Shown here one piece after another: positions 20,573-31,136 of a stretch of 64,000 nt of DNA. The position numbers and the translations under genes were made by a program. This DNA is from an uncultured Alphaproteobacteria bacterium. GTDB taxonomy: Bacteria > Pseudomonadota > Alphaproteobacteria > HIMB59 > GCA-002718135. The stretch is taken from positions 78,401-142,400 of the forward strand of contig CACJPV010000003.1 in assembly GCA_902595425.1 (NCBI GenBank). Direction: 5' to 3'. The notes beneath the pieces are model-generated. The model was not told the DNA's origin and did no database searches. It saw nothing but the letters and a program-made list of their open reading frames with translations. The stretch's first letter is position 1. Each line of letters starts with the position of its first letter.

Positions 20573-21013
20573 ATGAGTTTAAGATTTCAAAGATTAGTAC
20601 TAATATTAATCACATTAGTAATATTAGGTGCGGCAGTATTATTAATTCTATTTAATACAAAAAAAAATATTGTTTTTTTTTACACTCCCACTGAATTAAT
20701 TGAACAAAATATCTTTTCAGAAGGTAAAATCAGAATTGGAGGATATGTAAAAGATTCTTCATTAAAAAAAATATCATTAAATCAATACAGTTTTGAAATT
20801 ACTGATAACAAAAATGATCTTTTAGTTTTTTATCAAGGTATACTGCCTGACTTATTTAGAGAGGGTCAAGGAACGGTAATCGAGGGTTTAATTGTAAATC
20901 AAAAAACTGTTAAGGCATTAAAAGTTTATGCAAAACATGATGAAAATTATATGCCTGCTTCAATCAAAAAAGAATTAGAAAAAAACAATCAATGGAAAAG
21001 GGATTATAAATGA
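20573..21013 (+). CDS. ccmE: Heme chaperone CcmE
   Basis: FFYTPTE, GILPDLFREGQG, AKHDENYMP. Confidence 0.97.
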   Translation: MSLRFQRLVLILITLVILGAAVLLILFNTKKNIVFFYTPTELIEQNIFSEGKIRIGGYVKDSSLKKISLNQYSFEITDNKNDLLVFYQGILPDLFREGQGTVIEGLIVNQKTVKALKVYAKHDENYMPASIKKELEKNNQWKRDYK

Positions 21014-22875
21014 TTTCATTAGTAGGTTTTTCTTCTTTATGTTTATCAACATTTTTTTCTTTTTTAATTTTAGTACCGAAATCAATTATCAATTTAAATG
21101 TTAAATATTTTTTTATATTTTTTAGGTTTTCAACATTTCTAATTTGTATATCTTTTTTTTCATTGATGACGGCATATATTACATCTGATTTTTCAAATTA
21201 TAATGTTTTTCAAAACTCTCATTCAGACAAACCATTGATATACAAAATATCTGGTACTTGGGGGAATCATGAAGGTTCTATCCTATTGTGGCTTTTCATG
21301 ATTTCAATCTATGGATTTGTATACTCATTTTTAAGTAAATCATTAGTTGATTATAAAATTAACGTATTAAAAATTCAAAATGGAATTTTCTTAATTTTTG
21401 CTTTGTTTATTATTTTTACTTCAAATCCTTTTTTGGTAAATGCAGTTGAAGTTAGTGAGGGTCTGGGACTAAATCCAATTTTACAAGATCCTGCCCTCGC
21501 AATACATCCGCCAATGCTTTATTTGGGATATGTTGGTTTTTCATTAGTTTTTAGTTTAGGAATTGCAAGTCTTCTAAAAAATAATGAAGATCAAAACTGG
21601 ATAAAAGAAACAAAAAAATGGTCAATTGTTAGCTGGACTTTTTTAACCGCTGGTATTGCTTTAGGGTCTTATTGGGCCTACTATGAACTTGGATGGGGGG
21701 GTTGGTGGTTTTGGGATCCTGTAGAAAACATTTCATTGATGCCTTGGATAGTTGGATTGGCATTAGTGCATTCTCTAATAATGATTAGGGGTGAACAAGC
21801 AATTGAGCGATGGATAGTTTTCCTATCAATTCTTTGTTTTTCTTTGAGTATTTTAGGAACATTTTTAGTTAGATCTGGAATTTTGACTAGTGTACATTCA
21901 TTTGCATCTGATGCTTCTCGAGGTCTTTTTATTTTACTAATTTTCTTTTTAACAACGGGATTTGGATTTTTAATATTTCTAATTAAATCACCAACAAAAA
22001 AAAATAATTTACATTTGTTATTAATAAATAAAACCTCAGCATTAATTATAAATAATATTCTTATGATAATAGCTATGCTAACAATACTTTTAGGAACTGT
22101 TTATCCAATAATTATTGAGGTACTTACTAACACTCGAGTTTCAGTAGGAGGCCCATATTTTAATTCAACAGTTTTACCTATTCTTTTACCTGGTTTCTTA
22201 TTGATGAGTATCGCTCCCATTCTTTCTTGGCAATCAAATAAAATAGAAAAATTTAGAACTTATGTAATGACTTTTTTGATACTAAGTTTACTTGTGAGCC
22301 TTTATTCTTATTTTACAGATTTTAATATATGGGGTTTTCTGGGTTTAATTTTAGGTTCTTGGATTATTTTAGCATCCATCTTATCTATAATATTAAGATA
22401 TAAGTTCTTAATTTCATTTAGTTATATTAAATTAATAAATAGTTTTGTTGCTCATATTGGAGTTGGTATTATGATAATAGGAATTACTTTTTCTAGCGTT
22501 TACCAAAAAGAATATAATTTCAATATTTCTTCAGGAGATCAAATAAATGTTAATGATAATTTTTTAAAATTAGAAAATATACAAATTTTAGAAGAAAAAA
22601 ATTATCAATCATTAAAAGCAACATTCAGCTTAACTAAAAAGAAAGAGCTAGTTGACTACATTTTCCCAGCAAAAAACTTTTACCCTGTTTCTAAGATGAT
22701 CACTACTGAAGCAGGAATATATCACGACTGGTTAAAAGACATTTATATAATACTTGGAAATGAAAAAGATGGTAGATGGAGTATAAAAGTATATTTAAAT
22801 CCTCTAGTATCTTTAATTTGGATTGGTGTATTTATAATGATATTCTCAGGATTTATAGCTATTTTTAAAAAATGA
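21010..22875 (+). CDS. ccmF: Cytochrome c heme lyase CcmF
   Basis: WGNHEGS, LNPILQDP.LAIHPP, WAYYELGWGGWWFWDPVEN, SVHSF. Confidence 0.97.
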   Translation: MISLVGFSSLCLSTFFSFLILVPKSIINLNVKYFFIFFRFSTFLICISFFSLMTAYITSDFSNYNVFQNSHSDKPLIYKISGTWGNHEGSILLWLFMISIYGFVYSFLSKSLVDYKINVLKIQNGIFLIFALFIIFTSNPFLVNAVEVSEGLGLNPILQDPALAIHPPMLYLGYVGFSLVFSLGIASLLKNNEDQNWIKETKKWSIVSWTFLTAGIALGSYWAYYELGWGGWWFWDPVENISLMPWIVGLALVHSLIMIRGEQAIERWIVFLSILCFSLSILGTFLVRSGILTSVHSFASDASRGLFILLIFFLTTGFGFLIFLIKSPTKKNNLHLLLINKTSALIINNILMIIAMLTILLGTVYPIIIEVLTNTRVSVGGPYFNSTVLPILLPGFLLMSIAPILSWQSNKIEKFRTYVMTFLILSLLVSLYSYFTDFNIWGFLGLILGSWIILASILSIILRYKFLISFSYIKLINSFVAHIGVGIMIIGITFSSVYQKEYNFNISSGDQINVNDNFLKLENIQILEEKNYQSLKATFSLTKKKELVDYIFPAKNFYPVSKMITTEAGIYHDWLKDIYIILGNEKDGRWSIKVYLNPLVSLIWIGVFIMIFSGFIAIFKK

Positions 22876-23393
22876 TAAAACTAATAAAATTTGTTCCCAT
22901 AATTTCGTTAGCATTTGTTTGTGTTTTTTTTCTTTTGTTTATTTTGCTTGAAAAAGATCCAAGCAATCCACCAAGCGCATTAATTGACAAACAACTTCCA
23001 GAATTTTCTACAGTAAACTTATACGATGAAAATATTATACTATCATCAGATAATATAGAAACATACACTCTTATAAATTTTTTTGCATCCTGGTGTAACC
23101 CTTGTAGAGCAGAGCATCATTTGTTTTTTAAAATAAAAAAAAATTACCCAAATATTTATCTTGTTGGAATTTCTCATAAGGATAATCCAGATGATTCTAA
23201 ACAATATTTAAGTGAGGAAGGAAATCCGTATTCATTTGTAGGATTAGATCAAGATGGCAGGATAGCGCTTGAGTTTGGTGTGTTTGGCTTACCCGAAACT
23301 TTTATTATTAACAATGAGGGCAAAATAATATTTAAACATATGGGACCATTAACAGAAAAAATTTTAGATGATGAAATTTCAGTACTTTTTTAA
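22872..23393 (+). CDS. ccmG: Thiol:disulfide interchange protein CcmG/DsbE
   Basis: FFASWCNPCRAEH, GVFGLPETF. Confidence 0.93.
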   Translation: MIKLIKFVPIISLAFVCVFFLLFILLEKDPSNPPSALIDKQLPEFSTVNLYDENIILSSDNIETYTLINFFASWCNPCRAEHHLFFKIKKNYPNIYLVGISHKDNPDDSKQYLSEEGNPYSFVGLDQDGRIALEFGVFGLPETFIINNEGKIIFKHMGPLTEKILDDEISVLF

Positions 23394-23754
23394 AATTATA
23401 TTTTGTTTTGTGTTTTTATTTTTTTCTAGCTATGTTTTATCAAATGAAAATTTAAATTATAAAATAAAAAAATTAACACTTGAATTAAGATGTATGACTT
23501 GCCAAAATCAGAGTGTATATGACTCAGATTCAGAATTTGCAAAAGATATCAAAATTATTGTCGAAGAAAAATTTAATGAAGGAAGGAATGAAAAAGAAAT
23601 TAAGTTATTTTTAACTGAGAGATACGGAGAATACATTTTATTTAAGCCATATTTTAACATAAAAAATCTTCTTTTATGGCTTTTTCCTTTTATTTTATTG
23701 GTTTTTTCTTTAGGTTTTTTTTATAAAAATTTGAAAAAAAATTTATCTAAATAA
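23368..23754 (+). CDS. ccmH: Cytochrome c biogenesis protein CcmH
   Basis: LRCMTCQNQSV.DS, RYGEYIL.KP. Confidence 0.92.
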   Translation: MMKFQYFFKIIFCFVFLFFSSYVLSNENLNYKIKKLTLELRCMTCQNQSVYDSDSEFAKDIKIIVEEKFNEGRNEKEIKLFLTERYGEYILFKPYFNIKNLLLWLFPFILLVFSLGFFYKNLKKNLSK

Positions 23755-23841
23755 GTATTTAAATTGTATTTTCTGATTAAGGATATATGAATTTCATATA
23801 AATATCAAATTACTATCTAAAGTAATACACAAGGAGGAGTT

Positions 23842-24687
23842 GTGAAAAAAATTTTATTAATATTATTTTCTTTAACCCTATTAGGCTTCACAGCTATAGG
23901 TAACGCAAAATCTATTAGAATAGGAACCGAAGGAGCATATCCACCATGGAATAATTTAAACTCTGCAGGAGAACTTGAAGGTGCAGAAATTGACTTTGGT
24001 AACGAAGCATGCGCAAGAATGGGAGTAGAATGTGAGTGGGTAACCCAAGATTGGGATGGTATTATTCCAGCCCTACTTCAAGGGAAATATGACATTATTA
24101 TTGCTGGTATGTCCATTACAGAAGAAAGAAAAGAAAAAGTAAACTTCACTAATGGATATATGACTGACGGTGCACGATTTGCAGTAATGAAAGGAAGTGG
24201 TCTTGAGGGTTTATCAGTGGCTAAATTTACTGGTGGCGTTAATAAGGTAAACTTAAACAACGCTGGTGGAAAGGAACAAGCAGCTATTGGTCAATTAATT
24301 GCTGCAATGCAGGGAGCAACTGTTTGCGTACAATCTTCTACTATCCATCAAAATTTTTTAGAAAAGCATATGTCTGGTGCTGTAAAAGTTAAATTATACC
24401 AAAGTGTTGATGATCATAATCTAGACTTAAGAGCAGGTAGATGCGATGCTGTTCTTGCTGATGTAGGATCTATAATTGATTTTATGGAGTCTGGTGGTGG
24501 AGTTAATGTAGCTTTTACAGGTCCAACTTTCTCTGGTGGTGTATTTGGAGACGGTGTTGGAGGAGCTATTAGAAAAGAAGATACCGATATTCTAGATATG
24601 TGGAATGAAGTTATTGCAGAAATGTCTGCCGATGGGACTACTGCGGAAATCACAAAAAAATGGTTTGGTAGAGATATTTCTATGTAA
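23842..24687 (+). CDS. Polar amino acid ABC transporter substrate-binding protein (Arg/Lys/Orn/opine family)
   Basis: Signal peptide; IGTEGAYPPWN, DWDGIIPAL, AGMSITEERK; AAGGAGG SD, GTG start. Confidence 0.92.
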   Translation: MKKILLILFSLTLLGFTAIGNAKSIRIGTEGAYPPWNNLNSAGELEGAEIDFGNEACARMGVECEWVTQDWDGIIPALLQGKYDIIIAGMSITEERKEKVNFTNGYMTDGARFAVMKGSGLEGLSVAKFTGGVNKVNLNNAGGKEQAAIGQLIAAMQGATVCVQSSTIHQNFLEKHMSGAVKVKLYQSVDDHNLDLRAGRCDAVLADVGSIIDFMESGGGVNVAFTGPTFSGGVFGDGVGGAIRKEDTDILDMWNEVIAEMSADGTTAEITKKWFGRDISM

Positions 24688-24712
24688 TCTATTTTATAAT
24701 TTTTAAAAAATT

Positions 24713-24737
24713 AGGCGGCACTAGCCGCCTTTTTTTT
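24713..24737 (+). terminator. Intrinsic terminator after substrate-binding protein gene
   Basis: AGGCGGC-ACTA-GCCGCCT followed by a T run. Confidence 0.9.
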
Positions 24738-24790
24738 GATTTACTAAAGTTATGGTTGAGTAAATTAATGAATACAATAAATACTAATTT

Positions 24791-25072
24791 ATGAATTCTC
24801 TTCTAGGTCTTCTTATTCAAATAATAAATCTATACCAGTTTATTTTATTGATTTATATTGTTGCAACCTGGTTGCTAAATTTCAATATTATTAACTCATC
24901 CAATCGGTTGGTATATAGTATTATGGAGGCTATGTATCGACTATGTGAGCCAAGTTTAAATTTAGTGAGAAAATACATACCTAATTTTGGATCATTAGAT
25001 CTATCACCTATTGTTGTATATTTAGGTTTATGGTTTATTAAAAGTTTGTTAATTGAATATTGGCCGAGGTAA
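24791..25072 (+). CDS. yggT: YggT family membrane protein
   Basis: EP.L..VRKYIPNFGSLDLSP motif; yggT-folD synteny. Confidence 0.9.
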   Translation: MNSLLGLLIQIINLYQFILLIYIVATWLLNFNIINSSNRLVYSIMEAMYRLCEPSLNLVRKYIPNFGSLDLSPIVVYLGLWFIKSLLIEYWPR

Positions 25073-25073
25073 T

Positions 25074-25961
25074 ATGACTACTTTAATTAATGGTAAAGAA
25101 GTAGCTCAAAATTTAAGAAATGAGCTAAAAAAAGAAATAGATATTTTAAAAACAAAAACTGGTAAAGTGCCTGGGTTAGCTGTGGTTCAAGTTGGCAATG
25201 TTGCAGCAAGTAGTGTTTATGTTAAATCAAAAACAAAAAGCGCAAAGGAGGTTGGTATTGAAGTGTTTGACCATCACCTACCTGATGAGATAACTCAAGA
25301 AGATTTGTTAAAGCTAGTAAACACATTAAATAACCAATACAACGTTAATGGAATACTTGTTCAGCTACCACTTCCTAAACACATTAATGAACAAGCTGTC
25401 CTAGACTCCATACATCCAGACAAAGATGCTGATGGTTTTCATCCTTTAAATGTAGGTAAATTATCTATTGCAAGTGATAATGATGAAAGTTTGCTTGTAC
25501 CCTGCACTCCTTATGGCTGTTTAATAATGCTTAAAGGGCTGGGGATTGATTTGTCAGGAAAAAATGCTGTGGTGATTGGAAGATCTAATATTGTTGGTAA
25601 GCCAATGGCTCAATTATTATTAAAAGAGTCATGCACTGTTACAATCGCTCACTCAAAGACAAAGAATATTGAGGATGTCTGTAGAAATGCTGATATTGTT
25701 GTTGCTGCAGTTGGCAGGCCAAAAATGGTTAAAGGTGATTGGGTCAAAAAAGGCGCAATTGTAATTGATGTAGGAATAAATCGTATTACAATTGAAGTTG
25801 AGGGAGTAGAAAAAAACAAACTTGTTGGGGATGTTGATTTTGATGAGGCTTCAAAAAATGCCTCAGCAATTACTCCTGTTCCTGGGGGTGTAGGACCAAT
25901 GACAATTGCGTGTCTTCTCAGAAATACAACAATTGCATTTAAAAATAAAACCAAACAATAA
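25074..25961 (+). CDS. folD: Methylenetetrahydrofolate dehydrogenase/cyclohydrolase
   Basis: GILVQLPLP, KDADGFHP, PCTP, GRSNIVGKP, TPVPGGVGPMT; ATG 25074 has a GAGGT SD. Confidence 0.97.
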   Translation: MTTLINGKEVAQNLRNELKKEIDILKTKTGKVPGLAVVQVGNVAASSVYVKSKTKSAKEVGIEVFDHHLPDEITQEDLLKLVNTLNNQYNVNGILVQLPLPKHINEQAVLDSIHPDKDADGFHPLNVGKLSIASDNDESLLVPCTPYGCLIMLKGLGIDLSGKNAVVIGRSNIVGKPMAQLLLKESCTVTIAHSKTKNIEDVCRNADIVVAAVGRPKMVKGDWVKKGAIVIDVGINRITIEVEGVEKNKLVGDVDFDEASKNASAITPVPGGVGPMTIACLLRNTTIAFKNKTKQ

Positions 25962-25965
25962 AAGA

Positions 25966-26820
25966 TTACTTTAATATTAAATTAACTTTTTCTTCTAAAT
26001 TATCGACTTTTATTATCTGTCTTGCATTTTCGCAATGATCACAAATATATCCAATGGCACCACAAGGTGAGCTAACATCATCATAGTATATATTTTCATG
26101 CATATCATAACCTGTTGATTGAGGGCTTATCCATCCTCCAAAATATATTAATGCTTTTTTATTAAGAGCAGCAGCAGCATGGCCAAAACCTCCTTCATTA
26201 CCCAAATACATATCACAATTATTCATTACAGCGCAGGCAGTTCTAAAATCAAATTCTCTTTCAGAATAAAAAACTCCATCTATTTTAGTTGCTTTTTCGT
26301 GAACGGATTGAATAATCAAATAATTTTTTTTTAATCTATCAATTAATTTAGTCCAATTTTCCTCACCCCAATTTTTATTATTCATTTTATTTTTAAAAAA
26401 TTCGTAATTTTGTTTTGTAGAATAGGACTCAAAAAATATTATACCTTGATGTTGTTTTTCATTTTTCTCTGACCAAAAATTATTGGCACTTTTTAAAATA
26501 TTTTCAGCATTACTTATTTCATTTTTTGAAAAATATATTTTTCCAGGAATAGGTTTAAAATCTATTCTCCAATACAAGTTTTTGTCATTAGATTTTTCAT
26601 AATTTATATAAAAACGGTTTTGGTCATTGTAATTTATAAAATGAACAGGTTTGCTCCTATCAATCATATGTGATGGTGTGATTTTTGGATTATTTAAATA
26701 TACAATCGAATCGAATACTAAATTATTTTTTAAGTCTCCAATGACTATTTGTTTATCTGGGTGCTTTTTGTGTTCTTGCTCAACTATACCAGTGATCATT
26801 AAATCATCACCTAAACCCAT
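25966..26820 (-). CDS. GT9-like glycosyltransferase
   Basis: N-terminal GLGDDLM; EGGFGHAAAAL; C-terminal PC....CDHC. Confidence 0.7.
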   Translation of the reverse strand: MGLGDDLMITGIVEQEHKKHPDKQIVIGDLKNNLVFDSIVYLNNPKITPSHMIDRSKPVHFINYNDQNRFYINYEKSNDKNLYWRIDFKPIPGKIYFSKNEISNAENILKSANNFWSEKNEKQHQGIIFFESYSTKQNYEFFKNKMNNKNWGEENWTKLIDRLKKNYLIIQSVHEKATKIDGVFYSEREFDFRTACAVMNNCDMYLGNEGGFGHAAAALNKKALIYFGGWISPQSTGYDMHENIYYDDVSSPCGAIGYICDHCENARQIIKVDNLEEKVNLILK

Positions 26821-26824
26821 ATAT

Positions 26825-28006
26825 TTATTTTTTTAACCTTAGAGAAGTAATTTTTATAAAGCCTTCAGCATCTTTCTGATCATAATCTCCTTCTTGATCA
26901 AAAGATACAAGGGATAGATTATACTTACTATTAGGTGATCGTCTACCAACTACAATTACATTACCTTTTATTAGTTTTACTTTGACATCGCCTGTTACAT
27001 TTTTTTGAGTTGAATCAATTAATTTTTGCATCACTTCTCTTTCAGAAGAGAACCAAAATCCATTGTAAATAGTTTCAGCATATTTAGGCATTATTTCATC
27101 TTTTAAGTGGGCCTCTCCTCTATCAAGAGTAATGCTTTCAATTGCCCTATGTGCCTTTGCTAAAATAGTGCCTCCAGGCGTTTCATAAACACCTCTAGAT
27201 TTCATACCTACAAATCGATTTTCAACAATGTCCTCTCTTCCAATACCGTGATCGTGACCATACTTATTTAGTTCAGCTAAAAGCTCATGGGGTTTTAGAC
27301 TTTTTTGATTAATTGCCACAGCATCTCCGTTTTCAAAAGAAATTATTATTTCATCAGGAATATCCTTGGCTTCATTAATTGATTTAGTTCTAGAATATAC
27401 ATATTCAGGAGTTTCCTTCCATGGATCCTCTAATATCTTTCCCTCTGAAGATGTATGAAGAATGTTAGCGTCAGTACTAAAAGGGGCTTCGCCCTTTTTA
27501 TCTTTTGGAATAACGATTTGGTGTTTTTCAGCAAATTCAATTAGATCATTTCTTGAATTTAAATCCCACTCTCTCCAAGGTGAAATTACTTTTATTTTTG
27601 AATTATTTGCATAATAGCCAAGTTCAAACCTAACTTGATCATTTCCTTTGCCTGTTGCTCCATGCGCAACAGCATCTGCACCAACTTGTTTAGCAATTTC
27701 AATTTGTCTTTTGGCAATTAGCGGTCTTGCAATAGCAGTTCCCAAAAAGTATGTGCCTTCATAAATTGCATTAGCCCTAAACATAGGGAAAACATAGTTT
27801 TTCACAAAATCTTCTCTTAAATCTTCAATAAAAACTTCCTTAACACCTAAAGCTTCGGCTTTTCCCTTAACAGGAGTCAGTTCTTCTCCTTGGCCTAAAT
27901 CAGCTGTAAAAGTTACAACTGGACATTGATATTTTTCTTGAAGCCATTTTAGTATTACACTTGTGTCTAGACCACCAGAATAAGCCAAAACTATTTTCTT
28001 TGGCAT
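26825..28006 (-). CDS. argG: Argininosuccinate synthase
   Basis: [42 protein letters not shown]. Confidence 0.98.
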   Translation of the reverse strand: MPKKIVLAYSGGLDTSVILKWLQEKYQCPVVTFTADLGQGEELTPVKGKAEALGVKEVFIEDLREDFVKNYVFPMFRANAIYEGTYFLGTAIARPLIAKRQIEIAKQVGADAVAHGATGKGNDQVRFELGYYANNSKIKVISPWREWDLNSRNDLIEFAEKHQIVIPKDKKGEAPFSTDANILHTSSEGKILEDPWKETPEYVYSRTKSINEAKDIPDEIIISFENGDAVAINQKSLKPHELLAELNKYGHDHGIGREDIVENRFVGMKSRGVYETPGGTILAKAHRAIESITLDRGEAHLKDEIMPKYAETIYNGFWFSSEREVMQKLIDSTQKNVTGDVKVKLIKGNVIVVGRRSPNSKYNLSLVSFDQEGDYDQKDAEGFIKITSLRLKK

Positions 28007-28007
28007 A

Positions 28008-28481
28008 TTAACAATCTTTATTTAATTGATTGATGGCAGCAGTAAAACCCTTAAGGGTATAGGTATCGTTTGTTGCAGTTCCTCTTGACGAGACACCGCT
28101 AAGAATTAATTCTAATCCTTTTTTCATCGCAAAGATGACTTTGCCATCATCATTGGTCCAAGCTGTTTCAGAAGAATCTTCAGTTGAATAAAAATTAAAA
28201 GCTGTATTATCAATCTTAACAGTAATTTCTTTTTTAAGATTATAACTGTAGCCAGCTTCAACTTGGACAATATTATCTTTGCTGCCAATAATTTTGTAAA
28301 CCAGAATATAATTTTCACCTCTTTTTTTTGTACTGGGTAAATCAGTCTTCAAAGGAAGAGAGCCAATGTAACACCAGTCGTCATCTTTGACAAAAGTCCA
28401 TTTACCTTTTTCGAGCGAAAAAGAATTTTTTGATAGAGTTAATAGAATTATTGCAAATGTGATTAAAGCTGTTTTTTTCAT
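28008..28481 (-). CDS. Invasion-associated locus B (IalB) family periplasmic protein
   Basis: Signal peptide; AW..DD...I.AMKKG and [18 protein letters not shown]....C. Confidence 0.85.
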   Translation of the reverse strand: MKKTALITFAIILLTLSKNSFSLEKGKWTFVKDDDWCYIGSLPLKTDLPSTKKRGENYILVYKIIGSKDNIVQVEAGYSYNLKKEITVKIDNTAFNFYSTEDSSETAWTNDDGKVIFAMKKGLELILSGVSSRGTATNDTYTLKGFTAAINQLNKDC

Positions 28482-28550
28482 GAACTAATTTTTTTTTGTT
28501 TTTATACCATTCTGTTATAGTAATAAAGTTTAAGATTGTTAAAATAATAT

Positions 28551-29078
28551 ATGGAAAATGAAAAAGTCATAAATCTCATACAAAAAATATCAATTGATAG
28601 AGATGAAAAAGCCTTTTCAGAAATTTTTGATTTTATTGCACCCAAAATTAATGCCTATTATATTAAAAGCGACTTAGATTTTGACCAAGCCGAAGAGTTA
28701 ACACAGGAAGTCTTGAGCACGATATGGTCTAAAGCATACCTTTTTGACCCTCAAAAATCAAAGCTCATAACGTGGTCTTTTACAATTGCAAGAAACAAAA
28801 AAATTGATTTTTATAGAAAAAATAAAAAAAATATTACCGATGAACAAGATATCAGGGATTTTATGTATGAGAATAACAAAGCCAATGATTATGAAATAGA
28901 GCATACAATTGATAAAATCAGTCAAGAATTGGACGAAAATCAGCAAAAATTAATAAAAATGAGCTTTTTTGAGCAAAAAAGTCATAAAAAAATTGCTGAG
29001 GAACTTGAAATTCCTATTGGCACAGTTAAATCAAGAATAAGATCAACACTTAATAAAATGCAAAAATTTCTAAAATGA
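28551..29078 (+). CDS. rpoE: ECF sigma factor RpoE (ECF11)
   Basis: AEELTQEV, FDPQKS..TW.FTIARNKKID, SH..IAEEL.IP.GTVKSRIR; coupled to chrR. Confidence 0.88.
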   Translation: MENEKVINLIQKISIDRDEKAFSEIFDFIAPKINAYYIKSDLDFDQAEELTQEVLSTIWSKAYLFDPQKSKLITWSFTIARNKKIDFYRKNKKNITDEQDIRDFMYENNKANDYEIEHTIDKISQELDENQQKLIKMSFFEQKSHKKIAEELEIPIGTVKSRIRSTLNKMQKFLK

Positions 29079-29704
29079 ATTCTACTGCCCAAAAAAATGA
29101 ACTCATCTTCGGCTACTCAGGTGGCAACTTAAATGAAGCAAAATCCCTTTTTGTATCTATGTACCTTCATCTAAATAGCTTAGCTGCAAAAAAAGCTTCC
29201 ATCTTTGAAAACATTTTGGCTGATAATCTTAATGATATAAATGAGATCAGGCCACAAAACTTAAAATACACAGATTGTATAAAATACCCTTCTAGTTCAA
29301 AAACAATACTATCTAAATCTAAAAATCCATTAAGTAATATAATAGGCGATTTACAAAAAATTACCTGGAAATCTGTTTATAAAGGTTTCAAAGAATACAA
29401 CTTACCATTCAATGGTAAGGACTCTGTAAAACTTATTAAAATGGACCCTGGGACCTCTGTTCCTTTACACTCACATAATGGCAAAGAATACATTCTTGTT
29501 CTTGAGGGTAGTTTTTGTGACGAATATGGTGAATATAACAAAGGTGACATGCAAATTAACGATCAAAAAACTAAACATAATCCAACTGCATGCAAAAATG
29601 ATGGCTGCATATGTTTATCAATTTCAGAAAACGATGTAGTATTTTTTGGTAAGTTCGGATCAATATTAAATCTTTTCACTTTTATAAAATCTTTTTTTAA
29701 GTAA
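29075..29704 (+). CDS. chrR: ChrR-family anti-sigma factor with cupin domain
   Basis: Y..G.L N-terminal anti-sigma domain; cupin PG.SVPLHSH.G.EY.LVL.GSF.DE.G.Y..GD...H.P......CICL. Confidence 0.85.
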   Translation: MNSTAQKNELIFGYSGGNLNEAKSLFVSMYLHLNSLAAKKASIFENILADNLNDINEIRPQNLKYTDCIKYPSSSKTILSKSKNPLSNIIGDLQKITWKSVYKGFKEYNLPFNGKDSVKLIKMDPGTSVPLHSHNGKEYILVLEGSFCDEYGEYNKGDMQINDQKTKHNPTACKNDGCICLSISENDVVFFGKFGSILNLFTFIKSFFK

Positions 29705-29732
29705 TTTTTTATTTTTTGCTCTATAATAAGTT

Positions 29733-30728
29733 GTGAGCAAACTAAGAACATTAATCTATCGTGGAAACATAGTCGAAAGCCACCACGAAGTAAAATGTTA
29801 CATCGGCTCTTCTAAGGGGGAAAGATTATTTTCCACAAATAATGAAAATGATTTAATCTATCCAAGATCTTCAATAAAAATTTTTCAAGGGATACCTTTT
29901 GCGAATTCGAAAGCTATAGATTTTTATAAATTGAATAAAAAACAAATTGCTTTGTCGTGCTCTTCACATTGTGGTGAAAACTTTCACATTCTAGAATTAA
30001 AAAAGTGGCTAAAAAAAACAAAATTAAAAACATTTAATTTAAAGTGTGGAATACATAACCCTATAGACAAACAATCATCAGAAAAACTATTCATGTCGAG
30101 AATTAAACCATACCAACTTCATAATAATTGTGCTGGAAAACATTTAGCAATGTTATCAAGTTGTTTAGTTAATAAATTTCCAATTAGAAATTATCTTGAT
30201 TTTAATCATCCTCATCAAAAAAATATTAGAAAAGTTTTCTCACAATTTACTGAATCTAATATTTTAAAAAAAAATTATGGCATTGATGGATGTAGCGCTC
30301 CTCAATATGCATTTAGGATAAAAGAACTTGCAAAAGCTTTGTCTAATCTATTAAAAAGCTATAACGGAGACTTTGATTATTCAGAAAATATTCAAATCTT
30401 AATAAATTCTATAATAACAAATTCCTTATTTATTGGTGGCTCAAAAAATTTAGATAGTAATTTAATAAAGATCTCTAACAAAAAAATTTTTTGTAAAGGA
30501 GGGGCTGAAGGAGTATTTTTATTTATTCATCTAACAAAAGGGGTTTATGGAATTTTTAAAGTAAAAGATGGCAATGAGAGAGTGCTACCTTCTGTGGTCT
30601 ATACATTATTTAAAAAATTAAATATTCTTAATCAACAAGAATTAAAGAGATTTCGAATATGGAATAATTTTAATATACAAAATCATGCTAAATTAAAAAT
30701 TGGAGCTATCAAAACTATAATTGCATAA
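29733..30728 (+). CDS. L-asparaginase II (Rhizobium AnsA type)
   Basis: RG..VES.H, PRSSIK, SH.GE..H, NCAGKH, DGCSAP, KGGAEG. Confidence 0.9.
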   Translation: MSKLRTLIYRGNIVESHHEVKCYIGSSKGERLFSTNNENDLIYPRSSIKIFQGIPFANSKAIDFYKLNKKQIALSCSSHCGENFHILELKKWLKKTKLKTFNLKCGIHNPIDKQSSEKLFMSRIKPYQLHNNCAGKHLAMLSSCLVNKFPIRNYLDFNHPHQKNIRKVFSQFTESNILKKNYGIDGCSAPQYAFRIKELAKALSNLLKSYNGDFDYSENIQILINSIITNSLFIGGSKNLDSNLIKISNKKIFCKGGAEGVFLFIHLTKGVYGIFKVKDGNERVLPSVVYTLFKKLNILNQQELKRFRIWNNFNIQNHAKLKIGAIKTIIA

Positions 30729-31134
30729 TTGCCAAACAAAGAATAATTGATAGAGAAAGTGGCACTCTTAATATAAAATAAACTTTTCTTTCAAATTTTT
30801 GTCTATAGATAAAGTTATCAGCAAATAATTGTATAAAAAATAAACAAATAATAATCCAGATTACCTCATAAGATAGAAAAAACATCAATATAATAAAAAC
30901 TGTAGCAAAACTCGGCATGAATCCAACTATTACTAATTTGTATGGAACATGCTGACTTAGATTCCAGTGCAAAGCACCAATAAAAACAAAAATAACTAAT
31001 GAATAGATAATTATAAAATCATCAACTATATTAGAGTTCAAATATTGAAAAAAAAATTTATCAATTAGAGTAATTAAAAATGGAAAAAAACCTAAATAGG
31101 ATATTAAAAACTGTAAATTTATATTTTTAATCAT
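30715..31134 (-). CDS. DUF3429-like membrane protein
   Basis: YLGFFPF, YS.VI..FIGALHW, and Y..LR..LS near the C-terminus. Confidence 0.7.
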   Translation of the reverse strand: MIKNINLQFLISYLGFFPFLITLIDKFFFQYLNSNIVDDFIIIYSLVIFVFIGALHWNLSQHVPYKLVIVGFMPSFATVFIILMFFLSYEVIWIIICLFFIQLFADNFIYRQKFERKVYFILRVPLSLSIILCLAIMQL

Positions 31135-31136
31135 TT

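Noticed and set aside
18436-23754. Contiguous ccmABCDEFGH cluster as a novelty
   Set aside because: Known System I arrangement; ccmI may lie elsewhere in the genome
28482-28550. Autoregulatory RpoE promoter upstream of rpoE
   Set aside because: No convincing TGATCC-N16-CGTA match; the best candidate (TGAACT-N16-TATA) is too degenerate
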